Positions 19,347-28,813 of a stretch of 64,000 nucleotides of DNA are shown piece after piece; the stretch's first letter is position 1, and each line of letters starts with the position of its first letter. Source of the stretch: Dehalococcoidia bacterium. Lineage in GTDB: Bacteria > Chloroflexota > Dehalococcoidia > Dehalococcoidales > UBA2162. The position numbers were made by a program, and so were the translations under genes. The notes under the pieces are model-generated. The model did not search any database. It was not told where the DNA came from and saw only the letters and a program-made list of their open reading frames with translations. The stretch covers positions 3,765-67,764 of the forward strand of contig DUFA01000115.1 of NCBI GenBank assembly GCA_011191975.1, read 5' to 3'.

Positions 19347-20867
19347 GTGAAAATCGGTTTGAGTGTAGTAAGGAACCTGACAATCGGTCTATGCCTTTTT
19401 TTGCTGTTTTTCGCAATCCTGATATTCGGGTATTTCTTCATGATAAACAGCACGGTAATGAATCCTGATTATATAATCGATCGGGTCAATGAAACAGAAG
19501 CCGCCGAACTTATTGATGAGTTCATTGATTTCGAATCATCACCCGAAACCAAAGAAGTTTTTGATAAGATTAAAGAGATAATACCAAGCGTAGAGCCTAC
19601 GATAAAAGAAGGAATGGGAGTAGCTATCTATTCTTTTTATGACTATCTCAAGGGCGAAAGAGATAATCCTGAAATCAAAGAAACTCTCGGTGAAGCATTC
19701 CTGAATCCTGAATTCGTCGACAAACTGCTGACGGAAATCAGCCTGCCGGAACTTGTTGATATTATGATTACTAGCCCAACTGATGAAGACGATCTTCCCG
19801 AAGAATTCATCGACGCAGTTAAGTTCGTAGTAGCCGATCTTGAACCGGACATTAAGCAGCAGGCATCTGAGATATCTGGTCCTGTTTTCGACTATATACT
19901 GGGAGTAACTCAAGAATTAGACCTGACAGCTGTTCTCAGAGATACAATACTAAATGAGGATTTTGTCGTGCCACTTGTTGAAAAACTCGACCTTGCTGTT
20001 CTTGCTGAAGAAGTTATTTCCAAGCAACTAATAGGTCAGATGCCTCCCGAAATGGATTTCCTTACCGAATACATTGACGATGCTGTCAGAGTACTGGAAC
20101 CAACCGTAAAAACTGAGTTAAAAAAAGCTGCCGGTCCGATCTTGGATTACCTCGTTGGAGACATATCCTCTATAAGTATAGAGATATCGATAGCAGATGT
20201 AGCTGAGAGTATTGAAAATAATCTGAGGAATGAGCTTTTTTCCTCTCCGCCTTCTGAGTATTCGGATCTTTCACAAAACGAACTGGACGAAATCTTTAAT
20301 GAATATATAGCCGGAAGATTGTCTGAAATGCTTCCGGAAACTTTTGAAATCGACGAAAATATCATTGGACCTGAAATCGCAACTAACTTTGCTGTCACTA
20401 TCGAAGATGCTGAACAAAACATTACCGACATCAGAAATGAACTTGATAACGTGGAAATTGAGATGCGCGAACCCCTTGAAACATCGAGAGAGTATATCTC
20501 ATACTTCCGCCTTGCTTATACTCTACTCCTCGTCTTTATCGGATTAATGGTACTGGGTATCATCCTACTCCTGCGTGACGTACGGGCAATATGCCGGCGA
20601 ATTGGTATTCCATTGTTTATATATGGCCTGCTGGAATACGCGGCAATCTGGGTAGGAAGGTATTTCCTTGATGACAAGATCCCATACCCCAGTGATTTTC
20701 CTAATACTGCCGAGAGTATGATCACTGACATAATTAACAGTGTAATACGTCCATTAGAAATATTCAGCTTGGTATTGATGATTGCCGGTTTGGTACTGAT
20801 CGTTGTATCTTTTGTTTATAAGAGGGGGAAACAAGAGCTTGAGGTTGGAGTGGAAGTTACTGAATAA
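19347..20867 (+). CDS. Acidic repeat-containing membrane protein, unknown function
   Basis: N-terminal TM anchor, an acidic domain of roughly 370 aa with three copies of an (L/V)EPxhK...(G)PhhDYLhG module, and C-terminal TM segments. Confidence 0.6.
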   Translation: MKIGLSVVRNLTIGLCLFLLFFAILIFGYFFMINSTVMNPDYIIDRVNETEAAELIDEFIDFESSPETKEVFDKIKEIIPSVEPTIKEGMGVAIYSFYDYLKGERDNPEIKETLGEAFLNPEFVDKLLTEISLPELVDIMITSPTDEDDLPEEFIDAVKFVVADLEPDIKQQASEISGPVFDYILGVTQELDLTAVLRDTILNEDFVVPLVEKLDLAVLAEEVISKQLIGQMPPEMDFLTEYIDDAVRVLEPTVKTELKKAAGPILDYLVGDISSISIEISIADVAESIENNLRNELFSSPPSEYSDLSQNELDEIFNEYIAGRLSEMLPETFEIDENIIGPEIATNFAVTIEDAEQNITDIRNELDNVEIEMREPLETSREYISYFRLAYTLLLVFIGLMVLGIILLLRDVRAICRRIGIPLFIYGLLEYAAIWVGRYFLDDKIPYPSDFPNTAESMITDIINSVIRPLEIFSLVLMIAGLVLIVVSFVYKRGKQELEVGVEVTE

Positions 20868-21270
20868 CGTCCTCATTGTCTGCTAGATCGCTTTCTTTAA
20901 CTTCCAGTTTTAATCTCTTCTGACCGGTCACGACTACATTTCTTCCTGGTTGGATTTCACCTGACAGGGATTTAGCCGACCACAACTCGCCCCGTATTCT
21001 CACCCAACCTTCGGGATTAAGAGCTGAGGTAACCCTCCCTTTCGTCCCTATCATATTCGGCATCCCTAAGATGTTACCGATTGTTAATGCTTTTGTCCCT
21101 TTCTTGAAGGTGTACACCGAGTATGACAGCCACGCTATCATAATCAGGATGATTCCCCAGAGAGGAAAATCAACACCGATCTGGGGTAATCCCCAGATAC
21201 CGGCTGCGGCAATCGCAACCTCTTCTATGATCGTACTGACTATCGCAAATATCAGTCTCGGTCTGTTCAT
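20857..21270 (-). CDS. NfeD family protein
   Basis: Two N-terminal TM segments plus a C-terminal OB-like region (GTKGRVTSALNPEGWVRIRGELWSAKS). Confidence 0.7.
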   Translation of the reverse strand: MNRPRLIFAIVSTIIEEVAIAAAGIWGLPQIGVDFPLWGIILIMIAWLSYSVYTFKKGTKALTIGNILGMPNMIGTKGRVTSALNPEGWVRIRGELWSAKSLSGEIQPGRNVVVTGQKRLKLEVKESDLADNEDVIQ

Positions 21271-21344
21271 TTCTTCTTAATTATATCAAATATCAGGCAG
21301 ATTCTATTTAGGTACGGCTGGTTATGTACTCATCACCACTTCAG

Positions 21345-21374
21345 TTGCGAATACACAGATACGGGTGCTATAAT
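21345..21374 (+). promoter_or_regulatory. Sigma70-like promoter upstream of gatC
   Basis: TTGCGA, an 18-nt spacer, then TGcTATAAT (extended -10). Confidence 0.45.
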
Positions 21375-21405
21375 TTTCGTGAATCGTTCGAGGACGGAGA
21401 TTTTT

Positions 21406-21705
21406 ATGAAGCTTAGCCGTGATGAAGTGCTGCGTATCGCCCGTCTTGCCAGAATGGGTATTACCGATAGTGAAGTCGACAAACTCAGTGAGCAGCTTTC
21501 CGATATACTTGATAATTTCGAAGTGCTTAGGCAGGTAAATACAGATGATGTTCCACCAACCGCCCAGTCTATAGCTCTCAATAACATTATCAGAGATGAC
21601 AACATAGCCGCTTCCTATCCTCCTGAAGATATACTGACGAATGCTCCTCATAGAGAAGAGGACTATTTTAAAATTCATGCTGTCCTGGATGATGAATCTC
21701 CTTAA
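21406..21705 (+). CDS. gatC: Asp/Glu-tRNA amidotransferase subunit C
   Basis: MKLSRDEVLRIARLARMGITDSEVDKLSEQLSDILDNFE... The ATG at 21406 has a Shine-Dalgarno; the ORF-track start at 21379 is less likely. Confidence 0.85.
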   Translation: MKLSRDEVLRIARLARMGITDSEVDKLSEQLSDILDNFEVLRQVNTDDVPPTAQSIALNNIIRDDNIAASYPPEDILTNAPHREEDYFKIHAVLDDESP

Positions 21706-21717
21706 CCGGCGTTCCGT

Positions 21718-22350
21718 TTGAATATGGTAACAAGTGAAAAGACCAGGCTCGTTAAAAGGGGCCTTTATCTTGAATATATTAACGTAACCTATAATATACT
21801 GGAAGCGGTTGCGGCTATTGTATTCGGAGGACTGTCGAACAGTATTGCGCTTATCGGATTCGGGCTCGACAGCATTGTCGAATCGCTTTCGGGATTTGTA
21901 TTAATATGGAGGTTACAACAGCACGGGAAAATATCACCGGAGTTTGAAGAAAAGATTGAACGCCGGGCAACAAGATTTGTAGCAGTCACTTTTTTCATTC
22001 TCGGTGCATACATAGCCTACGAGTCGATTGACAAGTTGGTTTCCGCCGAAATCCCGGAGCCATCATTACCGGGAATAATTATTGCAATTGTATCACTGAT
22101 CGCCATGCCGTTTATGGCCTGGATGAAGTATAGAACAGGTAAACAGATTAACAGCCGGGCGCTTGTAGCTGATTCGAAAGAAACGATTGCCTGCGCTTTT
22201 CTTTCAGTTGCACTACTGCTTGGACTGGGACTGAATTACCTGTTCGGATTCTGGCAAGCAGATCCGATAGCAGGTATACTGATAGTAATCTTTCTTATTA
22301 GAGAAGGGTGGGAACTATGGAGCGAGGAAGAGGAAGGTGAGGACGATTAA
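21718..22350 (+). CDS. Cation efflux (CDF-like) membrane protein
   Basis: 210 aa, about five to six TM segments, with SIALIGFGLDSIVESLSG resembling the cation-efflux TM2 motif and an acidic C-terminus. Confidence 0.6.
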   Translation: MNMVTSEKTRLVKRGLYLEYINVTYNILEAVAAIVFGGLSNSIALIGFGLDSIVESLSGFVLIWRLQQHGKISPEFEEKIERRATRFVAVTFFILGAYIAYESIDKLVSAEIPEPSLPGIIIAIVSLIAMPFMAWMKYRTGKQINSRALVADSKETIACAFLSVALLLGLGLNYLFGFWQADPIAGILIVIFLIREGWELWSEEEEGEDD

Positions 22351-22371
22351 CGCCGGAAGGAATGAAGAACA

Positions 22372-23829
22372 ATCGATACGCTATATCAGTTAACAATCAA
22401 TGAAGCATATAAACTCCTTCGATCAAAGCAGGTTTCCTCAGAGGAACTTACAGAATCATGCCTTAATCGCATTGACCACGTTGAAGAAAAGGTAAAATCA
22501 TTTGTCACCATAACCGCAGATTCGGCACGCAATCAGGCTCAATTAGCGGATAAAGTTATCGCTGAAGGTACAGGAGGTCCTCTTACCGGCATACCTGTCG
22601 TGATAAAGGACGTGATGTGCACAAAAGGTATACGGACAACCTGCTCGTCCAGGATGCTTGAAAAATTCATTCCTCCCTACAATGCAACCGTGGTTGATAA
22701 GCTGAATGACTGTGGAGCGGTAATGATAGGTAAAGCGAATATGGATGAATTTGCCATGGGTTCCTCCACGGAAAATTCGGCTTTCTTCCCTACTCACAAC
22801 CCGTGGGATCTTTCACGAGTTCCCGGGGGCAGCAGCGGCGGTTCGGCAGCTTCAGTCGCTGCCGATGAAACGATATATTCACTTGGTTCCGATACCGGCG
22901 GCAGTATTCGCCAGCCGGCTGCGCTTTGCAGCGTCACCGGTCTTAAACCGACCTACGGCAGAGTCAGCAGGTTTGGCCTGGTTGCTTTCGCGAGTTCTCT
23001 TGACCAGATAGGTCCTCTCACTAAAGATGTAACCGACTGTGCTCTGGTTATGAATGCGATATCCGGGTACGACGAAAGAGATTCGACGTCCGTACCTGAA
23101 CCTGTTCCTGATTTCACCGCATGTCTCACCGCTGATATGAAAGGAATGAAACTTGGTGTACCGAAGGAATACTTCGTCGAAGGAATACAGCCAGAGGTGA
23201 ATTCAGCCATTCAAGCCGCGATAAGTAAACTAGAGGAACTTGGTGCATCTATTGAAGAAGTATCTCTTCCCCACACCAGATATGCCCTGGCAGTCTACTA
23301 CATCATAGCTCCGTCCGAAGCGTCAGCCAATCTTGCCCGGTATGACGGAGTTAAATACGGTCTTTCTCATGAGAAGGCAACCAGTATGTGGGAGAATATG
23401 GAAAAGACCCGCCAGTACGGTTTCGGTTCTGAGGTGAAGCGCCGTATTATGCTGGGAACTTACGCCCTTTCTGCCGGATATTACGATGCCTATTACCTGA
23501 AAGCCCAGAAAGTGAGAACCCTGATACGGCGGGAATTCGATTCCGTTTTCGAGAAGGTTGATGCCCTCATCACACCCACTTCTCCTACCGTTCCGTTCAA
23601 GATCGGAGAAAAAACGGACGATCCACTTCAGATGTACCTGAGTGATGTCTGTACTCTGCCCATAAATATAGCTGGTATTCCTGCTTTGTCGATTCCTGCT
23701 GGTTTCTCGGAAGGTTTGCCTGTAGGAATGCAGATAATCGGTAAACCGTTTGCTGAAGAAACCATCTTGAAGATCGGCCACGCTTATCAGCAGGTAACCG
23801 AGTGGCACAAAGAAAAACCAGAGCTGTAA
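22372..23829 (+). CDS. gatA: Asp/Glu-tRNA amidotransferase subunit A (5' end unresolved)
   Basis: Amidase signature GGSSGGSAA...[12 protein letters not shown]. The GatA-like N-terminus ([25 protein letters not shown]...) is in frame from 22366, but no ATG, GTG or TTG occurs before 22600. The 5' end given here assumes the ATC at 22372. Confidence 0.8.
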   Translation: MDTLYQLTINEAYKLLRSKQVSSEELTESCLNRIDHVEEKVKSFVTITADSARNQAQLADKVIAEGTGGPLTGIPVVIKDVMCTKGIRTTCSSRMLEKFIPPYNATVVDKLNDCGAVMIGKANMDEFAMGSSTENSAFFPTHNPWDLSRVPGGSSGGSAASVAADETIYSLGSDTGGSIRQPAALCSVTGLKPTYGRVSRFGLVAFASSLDQIGPLTKDVTDCALVMNAISGYDERDSTSVPEPVPDFTACLTADMKGMKLGVPKEYFVEGIQPEVNSAIQAAISKLEELGASIEEVSLPHTRYALAVYYIIAPSEASANLARYDGVKYGLSHEKATSMWENMEKTRQYGFGSEVKRRIMLGTYALSAGYYDAYYLKAQKVRTLIRREFDSVFEKVDALITPTSPTVPFKIGEKTDDPLQMYLSDVCTLPINIAGIPALSIPAGFSEGLPVGMQIIGKPFAEETILKIGHAYQQVTEWHKEKPEL

Positions 23830-23849
23830 TTTAACCAGGGAGCCCATGA

Positions 23850-24467
23850 ATGGACGAAAAGGAATTACATGACTGGTTCACCTCACTTAAAGATGAACTT
23901 GAAACTGCTTATATCCGGAGTAGAGAACCATGGAAGCAGTCCGGATATCTCGGATCCGAGGAGCAGTGGATAGCAGCTCGTAAACCGGTGGCTGACTGTA
24001 TAGAAAAATCCGGAAGTTTTTTGGATATTGGCTGTGCTAATGGATACCTCCTGGAATGTGCAGTGAAGTGGACTTCGGAGAGAAACCTGAAAATCATTCC
24101 CTACGGTATCGATATTTCTGAAAAACTCATTGGACTGGCAAAAGAAAGGCTACCCGAATACGCTCATAATCTGTATATTGCAAATGGCTGGAACTGGGAA
24201 AATCCGAGAAAGTTCGATTATGTTCGCACCGAACTGGTTTATGTCCCAGAAAACCTGCAGAAGCGGTACCTTGAGAGAATAATAAACACGTATATGAAAG
24301 AAGGCGGTAAATTACTTGTTGCAGAATACGGATTAAGCTCCAGACCTCCAAACACATCTTATATTGGTAACCTGCTCATAGCGTGGGGTTACAACGTTAT
24401 TGACTGGAAATCGGGATTTTATGAAGGTAAAGAACACACAAGAGTCTATGAAATCATAAAAAGCTGA
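23850..24467 (+). CDS. Class I SAM-dependent methyltransferase
   Basis: FLDIGCANGYLLE motif I; 205 aa. Confidence 0.6.
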   Translation: MDEKELHDWFTSLKDELETAYIRSREPWKQSGYLGSEEQWIAARKPVADCIEKSGSFLDIGCANGYLLECAVKWTSERNLKIIPYGIDISEKLIGLAKERLPEYAHNLYIANGWNWENPRKFDYVRTELVYVPENLQKRYLERIINTYMKEGGKLLVAEYGLSSRPPNTSYIGNLLIAWGYNVIDWKSGFYEGKEHTRVYEIIKS

Positions 24468-24485
24468 TAAAACTTTTACGTATAA

Positions 24486-25097
24486 ATGATGAATAATCGC
24501 TTCGAATCCGGCCAAACAGTCATCTGCCGCCTGATGTGGCAAGATAGAATCTGGGAGGAAAGACCTGAGATTGTCGTACGGGATACACCGGAACTGCTAG
24601 CTTTATACCTTCCCCCAAACACCATAATTAGACAGCCTTTTTCTCCAACCGGTGGTAAAGCAACTTTTAGAGATCGTCTTGATCTTTCATGGTCGCTTGT
24701 TAAAGCAGGTTGGATCGGGATTCATAGACTCCGTTTATCTATCCCGGGAGCATTTTATTCCGTGCTGTTGTTCTGGGATGCAGATAACTCTCTACTTGCC
24801 TGGTACATAAATCTTGAAGAGCCCATTCACCGAACACCACAGGGATTTAGCTACATCGACTTATTCCTGGATATCATTGCCGAGCCTAATCTGTCAAGCT
24901 GGCGCTGGCTTGATGAAGACGAACTTCAGGAAGCTGTTGAACAGGATTTCGTATCTGCCAAAATTTCCGATATGCTGTATTCGGAAGGCAGGAAAGCAGC
25001 AGAGTGGCTAAAGTCAGGCAACTCGCCTTTCAACGGATGGGAGACATGGTGCCCTGACCCAGTATGGAAGATACCTGTTCTACCTGAAAATGAATAA
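24486..25097 (+). CDS. DUF402 family protein
   Basis: C-terminal YIDLFLDIIAEPN...WLDEDELQEAV pattern typical of DUF402. Confidence 0.55.
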   Translation: MMNNRFESGQTVICRLMWQDRIWEERPEIVVRDTPELLALYLPPNTIIRQPFSPTGGKATFRDRLDLSWSLVKAGWIGIHRLRLSIPGAFYSVLLFWDADNSLLAWYINLEEPIHRTPQGFSYIDLFLDIIAEPNLSSWRWLDEDELQEAVEQDFVSAKISDMLYSEGRKAAEWLKSGNSPFNGWETWCPDPVWKIPVLPENE

Positions 25098-25253
25098 TGA
25101 ACATATTCCTGTGATTTCCTCGATTATCTTACTAATTCAAGCTGCCATCCTTGATCTTTAATACACAAAGGGTGCTAACAAATCGTGTTATCTCTGCTAT
25201 AATGAGACAGGCCGGCGATGACCCGGTAATAGAGCTGCTGGGAGGCTTGAATT

Positions 25254-25736
25254 ATGGATAAAGAGATTCTGAAAATCCTTGAAGATGATGCCCGTACTAC
25301 CACAAAACAGATATCGGCAATGACAGGCAACTCTACCTCAGAGGTCTCCCGTCTTATCAAGCAGGCTGAAAAAGATCGAGTAATTTTAAAATACAAAGCA
25401 ATTATAAACTGGGACAAGGTAGAAAATGAACAGGTGTGGGCGTTGATAGAGGTCAAACTCACACCGGAGAAGGATGTGGGCTTCGACTCTATAGCAGAGC
25501 GTATCTATCGTTTCCCGCAGACGCGTACTGTATATCTCGTTTCCGGGACATATGACCTTTTCGTTCTGGTAACGGGCAAAACAAATCACGAGATTGCTGA
25601 CTTTGTCTCTCAGAAGCTTTCGCACCTCGAAGGGGTACAGGCTACCGTTACTCAGTTCGTGCTGAAGAGATACAAGGAAGACGGCGAGTTAATAGAAGAA
25701 AAAGAAGAAGTAAAAAGACAGCCTGTTATACTCTAA
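25254..25736 (+). CDS. Lrp/AsnC family transcriptional regulator
   Basis: N-terminal HTH (ILKILEDDARTTTKQISAMTG) plus a RAM-like domain. It pairs with the downstream aminotransferase. Confidence 0.85.
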   Translation: MDKEILKILEDDARTTTKQISAMTGNSTSEVSRLIKQAEKDRVILKYKAIINWDKVENEQVWALIEVKLTPEKDVGFDSIAERIYRFPQTRTVYLVSGTYDLFVLVTGKTNHEIADFVSQKLSHLEGVQATVTQFVLKRYKEDGELIEEKEEVKRQPVIL

Positions 25737-25766
25737 TAATCGTTGTAATAATACCTGGAGAAAAAT

Positions 25767-26957
25767 ATGCCTGATAATCCTGTCACTAAGCGAAGAACGT
25801 ATCACATTTCAGACAGGGCAAACCATTTATCACCCTCCGGAATACGCAGGTTTTTCGATCTGTTGGCTTCTACAGAAGGTGTCATTTCATTGGGTGTTGG
25901 CGAACCTGATTACTCAACTCCATGGCATATCAGCGAAGCGGCTATTAAGTCCTTGGAAAGGGGATATACGATGTATACCTCCAATTCCGGTACTCCCGAA
26001 TTAAGAAAGGAGCTTTCCAGACACCTAGAGGACGAATATAGAATCGATTATAATCCTAATACTGAACTGCTGATTACAGTAGGATCAAGTGAGGCACTGG
26101 ACCTGTCGATGAGAGCATTACTGAACGTTGGAGACGAGGTTATCATGCCTGACCCGTGCTATGTCGCCTATGAAGCCTGTGTAGTAATGGCTGGCGGAAT
26201 ACCTGTGAAAATACCTACGTCTCAGGAAAATGGATTCGAAATAAACCCATCCGATGTAGCAAAACTCGTCAACCATAAAACCAGGGCGATACTGATTGGA
26301 TATCCGGCAAATCCTACTGGTACTGTGATGAGTCGAAATAAGCTGATGGAAATTGCTGAGATAGCCTTACGAAACCACCTAATTGTGGTATCGGATGAGA
26401 TATACGCCAAACTTGTATATGACACGGACCATACCTGCTTTGCTACTCTTCCGGGAATGAAATCCAGTACAATATTACTCGGCGGATTTTCCAAGGCCTA
26501 TGCGATGACAGGCTGGCGTATAGGATACTCGGCTGCCCCGGTTGAAATTACTGCCGCTATGACGAAAATCCACCAGTATACGATGATGTGCGCTTCCACT
26601 ATGGCGCAGGTTGCTGCTCTCGAAGCGTTACGGAGCGGTGAATCCAGTGTTATCGAAATGGTTGAGGATTATAACAAGAGAAGGCGAGTAATTCTGCAGG
26701 GCCTGGCAGATATTGGATTGTCATGTTTTGAACCGAAAGGCGCCTTTTATGTCTTCCCTTCGATCAGGTCGACAGGTATGACATCCGAAGAATTTGCAGA
26801 AACACTTCTTACCGAGGAAAAGGTTGCTGTTGTACCAGGTTCTGCTTTCGGAAAATATGGCGAAGGGCATATCAGGTGCTGCTATGCTACCTCGATGGAG
26901 AATATCAAGGAAGCGCTTCTCAGGATGAAACGTTTCGTAAAGAAATACAGTCGTTGA
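25767..26957 (+). CDS. PLP-dependent aminotransferase class I/II
   Basis: 396 aa with the SFSKAYAMTGWR PLP-lysine motif. Confidence 0.85.
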   Translation: MPDNPVTKRRTYHISDRANHLSPSGIRRFFDLLASTEGVISLGVGEPDYSTPWHISEAAIKSLERGYTMYTSNSGTPELRKELSRHLEDEYRIDYNPNTELLITVGSSEALDLSMRALLNVGDEVIMPDPCYVAYEACVVMAGGIPVKIPTSQENGFEINPSDVAKLVNHKTRAILIGYPANPTGTVMSRNKLMEIAEIALRNHLIVVSDEIYAKLVYDTDHTCFATLPGMKSSTILLGGFSKAYAMTGWRIGYSAAPVEITAAMTKIHQYTMMCASTMAQVAALEALRSGESSVIEMVEDYNKRRRVILQGLADIGLSCFEPKGAFYVFPSIRSTGMTSEEFAETLLTEEKVAVVPGSAFGKYGEGHIRCCYATSMENIKEALLRMKRFVKKYSR

Positions 26958-26998
26958 AGCTGTTATAATGAATGTCTCCGGTATAGGAATATGGATAT

Positions 26999-27241
26999 AT
27001 GAAAAAATTAATGTGTGACAAATGCGGCAGAGAGTTATCTGATCCGGAAGCAATAGAGTTGGTCCTTGCTGGAATGGATGCCTGGCAGAATTCGGTTCGA
27101 GCCAGGGGTGAAGAACCACGTGGAATTTTCCCCTGTGAACACTATAGAAATTGCCGTGGTGAGATGATAATCGTTGATGATCAGGAAAAGCCGGAAAAAT
27201 CACCGGGAAAACTGAGGAGTCTTTTCCGACGCAAGTCGTAA
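26999..27241 (+). CDS. Hypothetical small Cys-containing protein
   Basis: 80-aa ORF with CDKC...C...C and a weak Shine-Dalgarno. No family recognised. Confidence 0.35.
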   Translation: MKKLMCDKCGRELSDPEAIELVLAGMDAWQNSVRARGEEPRGIFPCEHYRNCRGEMIIVDDQEKPEKSPGKLRSLFRRKS

Positions 27242-27262
27242 CATCTCAACGGAGGTGTAGTC

Positions 27263-28270
27263 ATGAAAAGGACATATGCGCAAGCGGGCGTAGATATCGA
27301 TGCCAAAGCAGGCGCAATCAAGGAAATCGGACAACTGGTAAAAGCTACTTACCGGAAAGAAGTACTGAGTGAAGTAGGCTTATTTGGCTCCATGTTCGAA
27401 TTCACAGGATACAACGAACCTGTTCTAATCTCAAGTATTGATGGAGTAGGAACCAAGCTTAAGTTAGCTACAGCACTGGACAGATATGAGACAGTTGGTA
27501 TTGACATCGTTAATCATTGTGTAAACGATATATTCACCTGCGGAGCTGAACCTCTTTATTTTCTCGATTATATAGGAACTGGTAAAGTCTTTCCTGACAA
27601 GCTGGTGATCATAGCTCAAGGTCTGGCAAATGCCTGCAAAGAAGTTGGATGTGCTCTAATTGGTGGTGAAATAGCCGAAATGCCCAGTATCTACTCCGGT
27701 ATGGATTATGATCTTGTAGGTGTTATAACTGGGGTGGTTGAGAAAAGTAAGATTATCAACGGCAGCACTATTCAGCCGGGTGATATCATACTCGGTCTGC
27801 CGTCCAGCGGTCTGCACACCAACGGGTATTCTTTGGTCCGAAACATCTTCGGCGAGACAAAGGAAGTTCTCAATGTAAATTATCCCGAACTGGGTCAGAC
27901 CCTGGGTGAAGCTTTACTTGAACCGCATCGATGCTACTACAACCTTTTAAAACCTTACTTGCCATTTATCAAGGGTATGGCCCATATTACAGGTGGTGGT
28001 CTACTGGATAACGTACCTCGAATACTCCCGGAAGGAACCACAGCACAGTTTGATTCTTCGACCTGGACAGTACCGCCCATTTTCAAGCTGATACAGGATA
28101 AGGGAAATATTAACCTTATGGAAATGTACCACGTTTTTAATATGGGGATTGGTATGACTGTCGTCTGTTCGCCTGAAGATACAGACGAGTTATGCAAAAC
28201 GATTCCTGAAGCTGTTCTTATCGGTCAGATAATTCGTCAAGGCAGTGAGAAAAGAGTAATAATCACATAG
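27263..28270 (+). CDS. purM: Phosphoribosylformylglycinamidine cyclo-ligase
   Basis: 335 aa with an AIR-synthase N-terminus (YAQAGVDIDA) and the DGVGTK motif. Confidence 0.9.
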   Translation: MKRTYAQAGVDIDAKAGAIKEIGQLVKATYRKEVLSEVGLFGSMFEFTGYNEPVLISSIDGVGTKLKLATALDRYETVGIDIVNHCVNDIFTCGAEPLYFLDYIGTGKVFPDKLVIIAQGLANACKEVGCALIGGEIAEMPSIYSGMDYDLVGVITGVVEKSKIINGSTIQPGDIILGLPSSGLHTNGYSLVRNIFGETKEVLNVNYPELGQTLGEALLEPHRCYYNLLKPYLPFIKGMAHITGGGLLDNVPRILPEGTTAQFDSSTWTVPPIFKLIQDKGNINLMEMYHVFNMGIGMTVVCSPEDTDELCKTIPEAVLIGQIIRQGSEKRVIIT

Positions 28271-28294
28271 AAATACCTCCGTAGGAGGATAATA

Positions 28295-28813
28295 ATGGCT
28301 GAGGTAGTTCTGGTCATTGATATGCTCAGGGGTTTTCTTGAAGAGGGTTATCCGCTTTATATAGGCGAAGAATGCCGTTGTATTATTCCGCACATTCAGG
28401 AACTTCTTGATAAAGAAATAAAGAAGGGTTCGACGGTTATATATATCTGCGATCATCATGCTCCAGACGACCTTGAATTTAAAATGTTTCCTCCCCACTG
28501 TATCGAAGGCACACTGGAAACAGAGGTGATACCTGAATTATCACGATATAACGGAGAAATAATCCCAAAACGGCGATACAGTGGTTTCTTTGATACACCG
28601 CTTGAAGACAGATTGAAAGAACTAAATCCAGAAAAACTAATTATCTGTGGCGTCCTGACCAATATATGTGTCCTGCATACGGCAGTTGACGCGCGAAATC
28701 GGGATTATCAGGTTGAAGTACCAATAAATTGTGTAGCTTCGCCTGATGTCGATGCCCACCGTTTTGCCCTGGAACATATGGAAAAGGTACTGGGAGTGAC
28801 ACTGAGAAACTGA
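28295..28813 (+). CDS. Isochorismatase-family hydrolase, probable nicotinamidase
   Basis: Cysteine-hydrolase fold (ICGVLTNICV). It overlaps the downstream NAPRTase start (TGATG). Confidence 0.7.
   Translation: MAEVVLVIDMLRGFLEEGYPLYIGEECRCIIPHIQELLDKEIKKGSTVIYICDHHAPDDLEFKMFPPHCIEGTLETEVIPELSRYNGEIIPKRRYSGFFDTPLEDRLKELNPEKLIICGVLTNICVLHTAVDARNRDYQVEVPINCVASPDVDAHRFALEHMEKVLGVTLRN

Noticed and set aside
22362-22403. 14-codon [16 protein letters not shown] with a good Shine-Dalgarno could be a leader peptide upstream of gatA.
   Set aside because: It overlaps the conserved GatA N-terminal coding sequence in another frame. It is more likely the original gatA start displaced by a 1-nt indel. It is discussed under the gatA finding.
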